Made by a program: the position numbers and the translations under genes
Notes under the pieces: generated by a model
What the model was told of the DNA's origin: nothing
The model's database searches: none
What the model saw: the letters and a program-made list of their open reading frames with translations, nothing else
Source: a virus
Taxonomy: Duplodnaviria; Caudoviricetes
IMG/VR virus record: IMGVR_UViG_3300028072_000001
Coordinates: 4,203 to 68,202 of that record
Strand: one strand, 5' to 3'
Length of the DNA stretch: 64,000 nt
Part shown: piece by piece, positions 1 through 8,811 of the stretch
Position numbering within the stretch: the first letter of the stretch is position 1
Layout: each line of letters opens with the position of its first letter

Positions 1-511
1 TTTTGTCGATCAGTACGTGCGAAAGCGTCATGTGATGGATGATTAGCTTCTGGTCCACGCGCTTCCTGACCGGAACGTTTTCCAAGATTCCGGTGCGCGG
101 GTTGAGCGAAGGAATCCATTCGGTGACTAGGCGCCCTTCGGTCATTTCCTGCCGCATCAGCGGTTGCACGATTTCGTATCGCCCTCTCCAGGGATACTCG
201 CCAAGAAAGTGCATTTTGCTGAAATCGTCCCAGGTATTTTGGTAATACAGTTCGGGAGAGCCGTACTGCGCCGGTTGTTTCCAGCGCATAATTACCCAAC
301 AGGGCATTCCGTGGCACTGATAAATATCCCTGTAAGCACGTCGCTCGTTTCCGAAGCGGTCCCGCCAGACGTTGCCCATGCGGATAAATTCCGACTGGCC
401 CCAAACAATTTTGAAAAGAGGAGTCCCAAATTGCGAGACGCCGAACATTCTCGTTAGGCGGTCCTGAAATTCCTTTGGGCATTGTCTGCGCTCATGCCTC
501 TCTGCCTTCAT
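1..511 (-). CDS. Hypothetical virion-region protein, 3'-truncated by the window edge (MKAERHERRQCPKEFQDRLTRMFGVSQFGTPLFKIVWGQ...)
   Basis: Not in the ORF track. Translated by hand: the ATG at 511 overlaps the groES TGA (ATGA coupling) and the frame stays open to position 1. Confidence 0.75.
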   Translation of the reverse strand, partial: MKAERHERRQCPKEFQDRLTRMFGVSQFGTPLFKIVWGQSEFIRMGNVWRDRFGNERRAYRDIYQCHGMPCWVIMRWKQPAQYGSPELYYQNTWDDFSKMHFLGEYPWRGRYEIVQPLMRQEMTEGRLVTEWIPSLNPRTGILENVPVRKRVDQKLIIHHMTLSHVLIDK

Positions 512-849
512 GCTTCTACGGCCTTGCCAAAGACCTCATCAGCTTGTACCAGTACCAGGTTGCTTTCGCCGGTCAACTCCTCGACAGCGGGAATGTCCAT
601 CGGGTAGTTGGTGAAGATCACCATATCGCCTACCTCAATGTCCCAAGGAATCGGTACGCCTTCGCTTGTCCTGCCAGCGCAACAGGAAAGTGCTACGACT
701 TCGCCGCGCTGCGAGCGATCATCCTTTGTTTCCGGAAGGATGATTCCATCATCCGTGACTTGCTCCCCGCGAATGAACTTTCGGATAATCACCCACTTTT
801 CGCGTGGAATGATGCTGTACTTCTTGGCAACGGCTGTTTCAGTCTGCAT
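508..849 (-). CDS. groES: GroES/Cpn10-like co-chaperonin
   Basis: 113 aa with Cpn10 hallmarks: mobile loop VTDDGIILPE, GEVVA, and IEVGDMVIF; directly downstream of the capsid gene. Confidence 0.85.
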   Translation of the reverse strand: MQTETAVAKKYSIIPREKWVIIRKFIRGEQVTDDGIILPETKDDRSQRGEVVALSCCAGRTSEGVPIPWDIEVGDMVIFTNYPMDIPAVEELTGESNLVLVQADEVFGKAVEA

Positions 850-871
850 ATTTCCCCCGATTTATTGGAAA

Positions 872-893
872 GGGGCGGCGGTTAAGCCGCCCC
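872..893 (-). terminator. GC-rich hairpin after the capsid gene; probable weak intrinsic terminator
   Basis: GGGGCGGC (872-879) / GCCGCCCC (886-893) inverted repeat between the capsid stop and groES; only a short TTT follows on the minus strand. Confidence 0.5.
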
Positions 894-900
894 CGTGGAA

Positions 901-2250
901 TTAGCTGGTGACCGAAGGCACCGCGCAGTTGGACAGAACCGCGCCAGCCTTCATGTTCGAATTGAACAGGTTCAAGAACGAGTGGTAGTAGAAGATCGAA
1001 CTGGTACGGTACGTTGTGGTTCCAGTACCGTCGTTCGCCGGAACCGGCATTGTGGTTACGCCATCGCCAAAATCGTAGAGCGAAGGCTCAACCGTTTCGC
1101 AGATTCCCCAAGTTTCGCTGCAAACCGCGTCGAGACGGCCCTGCTTGGCCTTGTAACTGACGTGGAGAGGACGGCCGCCATACGTCGGAGCCATGTACTC
1201 CATCGTCATATCCAGAGCCTTGTCGCCTGGAGGACGAATCTGCTGTTGCAGAACGTTGGTATAGAGTTGCGTTACCGCAAGTTCCTGGTCGGCATTGCAA
1301 ATCCATTCAAAGTTCTTGGCATGCTCGTTATCATCGCCCAAGCCGCGGCGAATGAGGATTTGCACTTTGTACGGGTCGGTAGTGTTGATCGGCTGATTGC
1401 CCTTGTTGATTGTCGGAGTGGACAACTGGCCTGGATAGGTTGCGCGGGAAAGGTTCAGCACCGTTCCAGTTGTCGCGGCCACCTGGTACGTGTAAATCCC
1501 GGCAATGCCGGAATTGAGTGCGCCGGACGAACCCTGAATCATCACAAAGTCGCCAGCAGCCGTTCCGTTCGGCAGAGCAGTCGAGAAATAGACTATATCG
1601 GCCGCGCCATCGACGTAGGAGACGATTGCGTTAGCAACGCCGCCGGTACGTGGCGAACCGCCTTCAGCAGCAAAGAATTGCACGACTTGCTGTTCCTGAA
1701 ACTGGTTTGCCTGTCCGCCAAGCCCGGAAATGGACGAAGTGGAGTTGCCTGTGCCGGTGTTGTTGTTGACGGTAGCGGTTGCGGGAATCTGGACGATTGC
1801 GCCGCTGCCATCGGAAAGGAACTGGGAATCAAGCCCCTGCATGTAGGAATCGAAAGAATTTTTCAACTCTTCCGCTTTGAGGGAGATGAGACCGCGCTTC
1901 GGCCCCTGTACCGCGATTCTGGCGAGATACGTTACTTCGTTCCCTGCGAATGTTCCGACAACCGTTTGGTCTCCGGAAACCCACAAAGAGCCAGTGCCGC
2001 GATTCAAGGCATCGCCGTCGCCGGTAGCCTGGAAGATTGCCGCACCAGATTGAATCCTGATCGGAATACGGAACGCTGGACGGGAAGTCCCGCCGGCGGC
2101 CGTAGTGACTGCGGTCGGATAAGTCTTTGCACCCTTCTTGAAGAAGTTGTAAAGAGTCCGGCCCTTAAAAACGTAATTCGGAATACCTTTTGCAAAGGCT
2201 TCGATTTCGACGCCTTGTACCGCGGCCTCTTGTAGAGGAGAAGTAGCCAT
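901..2250 (-). CDS. Major capsid protein (probable HK97 fold)
   Basis: 449 aa; position after portal and scaffold; own promoter and GAGG SD; size and composition typical of a major capsid protein. Confidence 0.8.
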   Translation of the reverse strand: MATSPLQEAAVQGVEIEAFAKGIPNYVFKGRTLYNFFKKGAKTYPTAVTTAAGGTSRPAFRIPIRIQSGAAIFQATGDGDALNRGTGSLWVSGDQTVVGTFAGNEVTYLARIAVQGPKRGLISLKAEELKNSFDSYMQGLDSQFLSDGSGAIVQIPATATVNNNTGTGNSTSSISGLGGQANQFQEQQVVQFFAAEGGSPRTGGVANAIVSYVDGAADIVYFSTALPNGTAAGDFVMIQGSSGALNSGIAGIYTYQVAATTGTVLNLSRATYPGQLSTPTINKGNQPINTTDPYKVQILIRRGLGDDNEHAKNFEWICNADQELAVTQLYTNVLQQQIRPPGDKALDMTMEYMAPTYGGRPLHVSYKAKQGRLDAVCSETWGICETVEPSLYDFGDGVTTMPVPANDGTGTTTYRTSSIFYYHSFLNLFNSNMKAGAVLSNCAVPSVTS

Positions 2251-2437
2251 ACACGTATACCTCAGATTCAGCTTGACGCCTGCGCTTTGACACCGCGCCG
2301 GTGAAGTTTAAGCGTCAGCGATCTACACGAACTCAATCGCGCAGATTCTTACAGCTACCCGATATACGTTTGGAGTGTTTCGCGAAGGTGTCTATTTTTT
2401 TCTGGGACTTGCGCCCAGTGCATCGCTCAACGCTAGG

Positions 2438-2467
2438 AGGCTACTAGGAAGGGGAATCGTGTGTCAA
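2438..2467 (-). promoter_or_regulatory. Sigma70-like promoter for the capsid gene
   Basis: TTGACA (2467-2462), 18 nt, TAGCCT (2443-2438) on the minus strand, about 180 nt upstream of the capsid ATG. Confidence 0.55.
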
Positions 2468-2469
2468 TC

Positions 2470-2519
2470 AAAAAACCGAAACCCACATCGGAGTCATAAC
2501 TTCCCATGCGGGTTTCGGC
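2470..2519 (-). terminator. Intrinsic terminator downstream of ORF 2536-3033
   Basis: 13-bp stem CCGAAACCCGCAU/AUGUGGGUUUCGG (one G-U pair, valid only on the minus strand) followed by 6 U. Confidence 0.75.
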
Positions 2520-2535
2520 ATTGGCTTTGGACAGT

Positions 2536-3033
2536 CTAGCTATCCTGGCCGAAGTCGATAGCGGTCAGCGGCGGCGCAGTGACAGTGATCGTATGAGTTT
2601 TGCTTACCGTTCCCACGCCAGAATCGGCGGAGACGGCGGAAAGGGTCAAATCAAAACTGGTTCCAGCGAATCCCGCGGGAACGGCGGCTTCGACTTTCAT
2701 TCCATCGGAAGTCGGTGAGAGCACTACGGAGCCGTCGCTTGCCGCCCACTGCGGGGTAGTTCCAGGCGCTTGCGCGCCGTTCGGCGGAGTAAGCACTGCT
2801 GAAAAAACTCCGCTGGTTCCTGCAACAATCGAGAAATCGGTTGGCATTTTCTTTTCTCCTACTGGCTTGAAATTGACTTTGCGAAGGGCTTTCTTTTTAG
2901 GCTTTTCGAGAGCCTTTTCTATTTCCTCTACTTCATGTTCCAGCCGCCCGATTTTCTTTAACTCTAAATCTTCTTTCTTCTCGATACGATCGAGTTGTTT
3001 CTTCCCCGATTTTTTCTTCCCCGGCTTTCGCAC
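2536..3033 (-). CDS. Protein with a Lys/Glu-rich N-terminal helix and a C-terminal Ig-like beta domain; possible head decoration protein
   Basis: 165-aa ORF from GTG; the C-terminal 103 aa is T/S/A/V-rich beta-type sequence; strong internal SD and ATG at 2847. Confidence 0.6.
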   Translation of the reverse strand: MRKPGKKKSGKKQLDRIEKKEDLELKKIGRLEHEVEEIEKALEKPKKKALRKVNFKPVGEKKMPTDFSIVAGTSGVFSAVLTPPNGAQAPGTTPQWAASDGSVVLSPTSDGMKVEAAVPAGFAGTSFDLTLSAVSADSGVGTVSKTHTITVTAPPLTAIDFGQDS

Positions 3034-3045
3034 GATAGCCCCGAT

Positions 3046-3213
3046 TTAGCCAAAGAAAGTTGAGAGAGTCAAGAAGAACATGCCCATCCACCCAATTTTT
3101 GCGCGATACGGTTCGACTGGCGCTGGCCAGCCGAAACCGGCTATGGCGAAAAGAACGAGCGCCAGAACCACACAGATAAGATGTAGCGGAGCCGAATTAT
3201 GTTGAGCAAACAT
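3046..3213 (-). CDS. Small two-TM membrane protein (MFAQHNSAPLHLICVVLALVLFAIAGFGWP...)
   Basis: 55 aa translated by hand (below the track cutoff); GGAGGG SD; two hydrophobic segments. Confidence 0.65.
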   Translation of the reverse strand: MFAQHNSAPLHLICVVLALVLFAIAGFGWPAPVEPYRAKIGWMGMFFLTLSTFFG

Positions 3214-3277
3214 TTAACCCTCCATGCCCGATATTCTTACAATCGGATTTGAACTCTGTCTGTGCAATAGGGAACAA

Positions 3278-4636
3278 CTAGTAGTAAGTAATGTACTTCC
3301 CGTTTTTTAGGTACGCTTTGCCGGAAAGCCATAGCGCGTCTGGAGTTTTGGTCCAGTCTACTTCGTCAAACGGCGGAGCATCGGTAACTCTGATCGGCTG
3401 TCCGGTTGCCGGAACTGCCGCTTTGGGTGTCGCTGGTTTTCCGTTTGTCGAGCCATTGGGTTTGATCGGTGTAACGCTCGCCGTGCGGGAGAGATTCGGA
3501 TAGAGCGTATTGCGATGAGCGCGGAAAACTTGCGGCAACAACTCGGCAAACTTGGCGCTGATAAACCTAGACGTTCTTTCGTTGTCGCCTTTGGCGCGAA
3601 TATCCTTGGCGTTGCGGAGATACCCCTTGTCCGCTTTCATCGCGTCCCAAACTTTGTGCATCACCTGTTGGGTAAATTCGCGGCGCCCTTCATTGGACAT
3701 TTTGATTTCTTTGAAAAACGGGTCGAGAGTTTTGGAAAGCGCTCCGTTGTTGAGGCGCGTCACTTCATTGCTCAACAGGCGTGTTTCGGTTTCCCGTTCC
3801 TGTTGCTGCAAGCGTTGTTCGCGTTGCGCGAACTCTTGTTCTCGCGGGTCTTTGGTAACACGGCTACTGGCCAGTTTTTCGGTTTCGCCTTTGAGTTTTC
3901 CGTACCACTCTCCAAGTTTCGCCAGAGTGTCGTAGGCTTCCTGTCCTTTTCCGGTCTCCAGCAATTTTGCGATCGTAACCAGCGTGCTCCCGAAACCTAC
4001 CGCGTCCATCCGTTCAACCATCGGCTTCATCAGTAAACGGTCAAGCCCTGCGGCATTGCGCGTTTCGGTCAGAATGTCGATTATGTTTTCAGCGGCTTTG
4101 ATAACGCTTTCTGGGTTCCCTCTGTGCAGTTGTTCAATCAGGTCGCGGTCACCATTCGCAAATTGCTCAATCTCGGTGTCATAGTCGCGAACCTTGTTTT
4201 GCAGTTCGGTGATGCCGTCTTCGCCGCCCAGAGCTTCGATTGTGGCTTTGGCTTGGCGAGCTTCCTGAACGGTCGGAAATTCTTTTTCGTAGGCTTGGCG
4301 CCCGAAGAACTGTTTGGCCAGAGCCTTAGCCGCGTTGTTCAGCGATTCTCTTTGTTTTGGGTCAGTCGCTTGCTTGGCAAGGTTTTTGAGCGAAGAGATG
4401 GAATCTTTGGTTTGCTGATCGAACTTTCGCGCATCGGTTTCAACGCTATCGCCTTCGCCGGGGTCTCCAGGTAACTCTTCCTCAACGCCAGCCTCTCCGC
4501 CTTCCGCACCATCGGCGGCAGTCTCCGTTTCAGGAGTAGCGACTTCAGTTGAGATTTCCGGAGTTTCTACTTCGGCGGTTTCCGTTACTGGAGCAATTTC
4601 AGTTGAAGGGGCTGCGATCGTTCCGATTTCTTCCAT
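3278..4636 (-). CDS. Capsid scaffolding protein (probable)
   Basis: 452 aa; very acidic disordered N-terminus, helical/coiled-coil body; lies between portal and capsid; GGAGG SD. Confidence 0.7.
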   Translation of the reverse strand: MEEIGTIAAPSTEIAPVTETAEVETPEISTEVATPETETAADGAEGGEAGVEEELPGDPGEGDSVETDARKFDQQTKDSISSLKNLAKQATDPKQRESLNNAAKALAKQFFGRQAYEKEFPTVQEARQAKATIEALGGEDGITELQNKVRDYDTEIEQFANGDRDLIEQLHRGNPESVIKAAENIIDILTETRNAAGLDRLLMKPMVERMDAVGFGSTLVTIAKLLETGKGQEAYDTLAKLGEWYGKLKGETEKLASSRVTKDPREQEFAQREQRLQQQERETETRLLSNEVTRLNNGALSKTLDPFFKEIKMSNEGRREFTQQVMHKVWDAMKADKGYLRNAKDIRAKGDNERTSRFISAKFAELLPQVFRAHRNTLYPNLSRTASVTPIKPNGSTNGKPATPKAAVPATGQPIRVTDAPPFDEVDWTKTPDALWLSGKAYLKNGKYITYY

Positions 4637-4684
4637 GCTGCGTTTCCTCCCGATTTAACCGATTGGCAGAGCATACAACAAAAT

Positions 4685-7147
4685 CTATTGAACTGGTACA
4701 GGCGGTTGTGGTTCAGGCAACATAGCGTGCGCGGCCGGAGTCAGAGCGTCCGGCGGTTTGGGCGTTACCGGAATACCGGCTCTAGACAGAATGGCGTCGG
4801 CTTCCTGCGCGTCGGCCACATCCTTGTAATTCAAAGACACGCTCACGGGCTTTTGCGGAGGAGGCGGAGCATTGGCCGCGGCCTTCTTTTGTGCGGCCTG
4901 TACGTGCTCTTGCCAGTGCAATTCGACGTTTTCAAATCCGTCTTTATTCGTTTGTTTCGCTTTGCGGCCTTCGGGAGAGTTCATGTACTTCCAGCAGCAC
5001 ATCGCTTCCGTGTCGTGGTCTTCGTAGTCGGCTACAGGCATAGAGCTTTGCAACTGTTGAGGAGCAGTGGCAATCTGTTGCTCTGCTTGAGCGAGTTCAG
5101 CAGGGTCAATGCGCGGGTCGGCCTTTAGCTGTTGAAGCTTTTGTTCTGCCTCAACCAGTTGCGGATTCGGGGCAGGCGTGCTCTTGAGCAGGATTTCAAG
5201 TTCGCCTTCTTGTTTCTCAAACGATGCCACTTGCGGAATATACAGTTCGTCGAGAGCCACCATCCGTTTGAGGAATACCAAGTTGGCCGCATTAAAGAAC
5301 ACTTCCTGCAATGCTGGATTCTTTGCTGAACCGTCCAAGAGTCCCATGAGCCGATTCTGTTTCTGCGTGTACGTTTCTGGGAAATTCTCGTTGGCTTCGG
5401 GGAAACACAGGATATTCGCTTTCAGATCGTTGATTTCTAGGCGTATAGCGTCGGCGCCGGGGATTCTTTCATTAATGCTCTTATCGCGGCAGCGCGCGCC
5501 CCACCGTACCGCTTGGCGCATGGAAGTCGCTTCCATGTTCTGCAAGACGTGCCAAGTAGGACCGATGCGCCCTAGAGCCTGGTCGCGCTGAATGGCGATA
5601 CCGCCCTTCGTATCGTTTGAGCCCGTGTCACCACCAGCGAGAGCCGGATACCCTCCGGTCACCAGTTCCGAAAATTCTCCCTTATAGGAATTGATAAATT
5701 CCGGCAGTACTTGCGGCATCGTCGCCGCAGGTTCGACGAATACCAACTGGTCGGCAGTCAGTCCAGGGATAGGCTTGTACGTCCCTGAATCGCCGGGGAT
5801 GTTCGTTTGCTGTCTTAGAGCTTCGATAGCAAACGCTTTATTGTGGAACCATTTCTTCGGGATTCCGCGAACCAGATAATCGTTGGCCAGGTCCAGCCAG
5901 TTATTGAGCCGTTTCTGCAAAGGCATCATCGACGTGCCCATTGCGTTGCGATTCTGGCCGTCCCCGGAGTACGCCTGTCCAAGAGCCCATGAATCGTCCA
6001 TCGACTCATCGCGAGCGAAGCACAGAGTTTCGCCGGCATACACGACCAGCGCACCGTTCGGGAATTTCGCAATCAGCCCATCACGAACGGTTTTGTCTTT
6101 CACGTCCATAAACGCATTCGGCCTAAACCAGTTGCGTTGAACGGTGCAATCGTCGGCAATCGAATCGGAAGTTACATAAGTAGACTGCATTCCCAACTTG
6201 ACGTTCTGGCGAGCGAGCTTGGCGATTTCGCCTTCGGTAATTCCATTCGAGCCGTTTTTGATTTCATCGGCGCACCAGGGAAACATTCCTTTGGCGCGGG
6301 ACATACTGATTTCAGTCTCGTACTGCAATACGTCCACTTCCTCCAGACAGTTGGCCATCATCGGCGTTAGTTTCACTTCCAGTTTGCCGTGTGCCGTTCT
6401 GACTTCCTGTCCTCGCGGAGTACGCTTCTGTGTTTCGGTCGATTCCGTTCCGCCAACTTCTTTTTCGGTTTCTTCGGAAACCATTTGGTCTACAACATCG
6501 GTCGGCGGCTCGGTCTCCGGAACAATCGAGTCGTCTTCGTCGTCCTCTTCCCATCCGAAGCGTTGGCCGTCCACGATAAACCGCGTGTAGTAGAGAGCGC
6601 GGCCATCGGTCCAGAAATAGCGGCACGCATCGGTCTGACTCATAATTAGATCGTTATTGCGAGCCACTACCTTTACAAACTTGTCGGCGGATTCAGTAGC
6701 CGTAATCTGCGCGTCGTTGTCGGCGTCTTGCGGCTCGAAGCGCACTCCAGGGACGGCGCGGGTAAGCGAAGAGATGATAATTTGCGCGTAACTCGAATAG
6801 ATGTTGGTCGGGAGCAGCGACAAGTCCATTTGCATCGATGGACCGTAGCCCGAAGATTCGCCGGGAATTTCCCAACCGCCGCCAACACGGGGAAGCAGGA
6901 ATTGAAACCCGCGGAAGAATAGCGCCGCTTCCCAGGCTTGAATGACTTCGATCAGCCGCGCAGGATAATCGCGCTTGCTGGCCTTAGTGACCAGTTCCTT
7001 GAAAGCATTCTCTTCGGCTGTGGATAGATCGACTTTGACAAATTCGCCTACTGCGGAAAATTCAACGCCAGCCAGCACGCCAGGTTGATACTGGTCCGCA
7101 GACTGGTCCGCAGCATCCGTTTTCTTTTCTAATTCCGCTGTTGGCAC
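4685..7147 (-). CDS. Portal protein
   Basis: 820 aa downstream of terL; helical composition, Q/P-rich C-terminal tail typical of P22-like portals. Confidence 0.8.
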   Translation of the reverse strand: MPTAELEKKTDAADQSADQYQPGVLAGVEFSAVGEFVKVDLSTAEENAFKELVTKASKRDYPARLIEVIQAWEAALFFRGFQFLLPRVGGGWEIPGESSGYGPSMQMDLSLLPTNIYSSYAQIIISSLTRAVPGVRFEPQDADNDAQITATESADKFVKVVARNNDLIMSQTDACRYFWTDGRALYYTRFIVDGQRFGWEEDDEDDSIVPETEPPTDVVDQMVSEETEKEVGGTESTETQKRTPRGQEVRTAHGKLEVKLTPMMANCLEEVDVLQYETEISMSRAKGMFPWCADEIKNGSNGITEGEIAKLARQNVKLGMQSTYVTSDSIADDCTVQRNWFRPNAFMDVKDKTVRDGLIAKFPNGALVVYAGETLCFARDESMDDSWALGQAYSGDGQNRNAMGTSMMPLQKRLNNWLDLANDYLVRGIPKKWFHNKAFAIEALRQQTNIPGDSGTYKPIPGLTADQLVFVEPAATMPQVLPEFINSYKGEFSELVTGGYPALAGGDTGSNDTKGGIAIQRDQALGRIGPTWHVLQNMEATSMRQAVRWGARCRDKSINERIPGADAIRLEINDLKANILCFPEANENFPETYTQKQNRLMGLLDGSAKNPALQEVFFNAANLVFLKRMVALDELYIPQVASFEKQEGELEILLKSTPAPNPQLVEAEQKLQQLKADPRIDPAELAQAEQQIATAPQQLQSSMPVADYEDHDTEAMCCWKYMNSPEGRKAKQTNKDGFENVELHWQEHVQAAQKKAAANAPPPPQKPVSVSLNYKDVADAQEADAILSRAGIPVTPKPPDALTPAAHAMLPEPQPPVPVQ

Positions 7148-7184
7148 TACTCCCCGCGATCACCCGATTTGTGACGCAAGAAAA

Positions 7185-7436
7185 TTATCCGAAAGAAACG
7201 GCGCCGCCAGCTAGACCAGCCGGCAATGGACTTTGACCGGGCTGCGAGTACTGCAACAGATCGGGAGCCACAACTCGCGTAATGGTGAATTGTCCATTTA
7301 GCGAAGAATGCCCCGCGCCGGTAACCTTGATTGCGTTCCCGACGTTGCCAGCGGTCAAACCGTGCCCGACCACCTTGAGCGTAGTCACTTCATTCAGTCT
7401 AATCGCTTCCGCGATGTAGAGCGGATTTCCGGCCAT
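7185..7436 (-). CDS. Small beta-domain protein (GHGLTAG...IKVTG...NGQFTIT motif)
   Basis: 83 aa; the motif resembles the FCCH-like beta domain seen in phage structural proteins and in ORFs 40196, 43635 and 59790. Confidence 0.6.
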   Translation of the reverse strand: MAGNPLYIAEAIRLNEVTTLKVVGHGLTAGNVGNAIKVTGAGHSSLNGQFTITRVVAPDLLQYSQPGQSPLPAGLAGGAVSFG

Positions 7437-7448
7437 AGATGTACCCTC

Positions 7449-7640
7449 CTATTTTCTTGCTTTCTCGAACATGATTGCCATGCGTGCGCGCTTACCAGTT
7501 TTTCCAGGCGCATGTTCTTTTTCGTGAGCATACTTGGAAGTGGACTCACCATGACGAGCGGCCGCAGCGGAAAAACTTCCTTTAGTGCCAGCTTTCTTTT
7601 CGCGTTGCGATTCTTTTTGCATCCACCGTTCACCCGCCAT
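7449..7640 (-). CDS. Small basic hypothetical protein (MAGERWMQK...)
   Basis: 63 aa; resembles small K/A/H-rich proteins often found near phage portal genes; in-operon spacing. Confidence 0.65.
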   Translation of the reverse strand: MAGERWMQKESQREKKAGTKGSFSAAAARHGESTSKYAHEKEHAPGKTGKRARMAIMFEKARK

Positions 7641-7815
7641 GAGTCACCACCTTTGCCAGAGAATGTTGAAGCACGTCATCCGTTCCGCCGTGCGCTTCTG
7701 GGCCTTTCGGCTTAGGTAAGCGCATGCACCCTATAGGTTTGCACGCGGCAGCATGATTGCTGCGTCCGCCGTCAGGACGTGCTCTGCCGGTTCTTCCAGC
7801 GGATAGAAGTCTCAT
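7630..7815 (-). CDS. Hypothetical protein
   Basis: 61 aa; ATG overlaps the upstream TGA and the stop overlaps the next gene. Confidence 0.4.
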   Translation of the reverse strand: MRLLSAGRTGRARPDGGRSNHAAACKPIGCMRLPKPKGPEAHGGTDDVLQHSLAKVVTHGG

Positions 7816-7976
7816 CGGTTCGCTTTCTTGAACGCAGTCACCATGCGCGGCTCTTTCTTCTTGTGCGCCAATTCAGGATTCGCGTGCAGTTCGCCCTTCA
7901 TCTTGTCTTTTTGTTCGTTGGACAAGGGACTGCCAGATGAAAGTAGATAGCGCGTCTGTCGGGGAGTCCAAGGCAT
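7812..7976 (-). CDS. Small hypothetical protein (MPWTPRQTRYLLSSGSPLS...)
   Basis: 54 aa translated by hand; starts 2 nt after the previous stop and ends in an ATGA overlap. Confidence 0.65.
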   Translation of the reverse strand: MPWTPRQTRYLLSSGSPLSNEQKDKMKGELHANPELAHKKKEPRMVTAFKKANR

Positions 7977-7977
7977 T

Positions 7978-8406
7978 TTAGAGACCGGGAATATGGTGCG
8001 AACCGCGTGAGGACTGTTGCATTATTTCCGGCATCTCTTCGCCGGCCTCTTCGCCCATCTCTTCGTCGGGACTCTCTTCTTCCTGTCCGGCGGCCTTGTG
8101 CATGTGGTCCATTGCATCCTCGGCGGTATCGTGCTCGGAGTTGTGTTCGTGGCCTTCCTCACCGTGCTTGGAGTGGACCTTATGCTTGTTGCTGGCCTTG
8201 TCGTGGGTGTAGTGGATTTCGTGCGCTGGCCCGTGGTTCGCTACCACATCCTGAATCGATTCGCTGGAAGATTCCTTTTGCGCGCCGTCGGTCGGTTTCT
8301 TGTCCGGCTCCGGCTTGGGTTTACTGCCGTGACTCTCTTCGTGCATGCGAGCGCGGCTAATCGAATGGTGAGGCGTTCCGTCGTTTGCATAAACTCCCAT
8401 GTTCAT
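7978..8406 (-). CDS. His/Glu-rich hypothetical protein
   Basis: 142 aa with 18 His and an acidic C-terminus; AGGAGA SD. Confidence 0.7.
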   Translation of the reverse strand: MNMGVYANDGTPHHSISRARMHEESHGSKPKPEPDKKPTDGAQKESSSESIQDVVANHGPAHEIHYTHDKASNKHKVHSKHGEEGHEHNSEHDTAEDAMDHMHKAAGQEEESPDEEMGEEAGEEMPEIMQQSSRGSHHIPGL

Positions 8407-8412
8407 TTTCTC

Positions 8413-8811
8413 CTAGGACGGCGCTGTAGCCGCCGCTGCTTCTCTTGCTGCTTCGAACCGAATCTTTTCTTCCGCTTTGGCTTTCTTGTACGCTTCCTCA
8501 ATTTCCTTTTGGCGTCTCGCGAGCATGATTTGATATGGCGTACCGTGTTCGACGACTTCAGTTTGAGCGGGAGTAGAGTCTGCTGGTTCTGGAGTTGCGC
8601 GGGTAGCTTGAGGCATGCCAGGTATCAGGAATTGCCGCAAGCGATCCGCTTCCGCCCATCCCCGATTGGCCTCTACGATACACCGATTCATTTCTTCGGC
8701 GTGAAGATTTTTTAAGGTTGCTACCTCTTCGGCATGTTTCGAGCGCAGCGTGTTCAGTTCCGCTTCGAGAAACCGGACATAACGCGAACGGAATAGATCA
8801 GTCCAACTCAT
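8413..8811 (-). CDS. Hypothetical coiled-coil protein
   Basis: 132 aa; ATGA-coupled to the upstream gene. Confidence 0.65.
   Translation of the reverse strand: MSWTDLFRSRYVRFLEAELNTLRSKHAEEVATLKNLHAEEMNRCIVEANRGWAEADRLRQFLIPGMPQATRATPEPADSTPAQTEVVEHGTPYQIMLARRQKEIEEAYKKAKAEEKIRFEAAREAAAATAPS

Noticed and set aside
895-2235. 446-aa plus-strand ORF opposite the capsid gene (and similar long antisense ORFs, e.g. 3515-4036, 8017-8715, 54264-54962)
   Set aside because: These are shadows of real minus-strand genes in GC-rich coding DNA; they have no SD, no recognisable motifs and go against operon direction.
7734-7814. Protein-like in-frame continuation (DFYPLEEPAEHVLTADAAIMLPRANL) after the TGA of ORF 7812-7976, suggesting readthrough or TGA recoding
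   Set aside because: TGA works as a normal stop in many ATGA/GTGA gene overlaps across the window, and a coupled ORF starts at 7815. There is no genome-wide sign of an alternative code.
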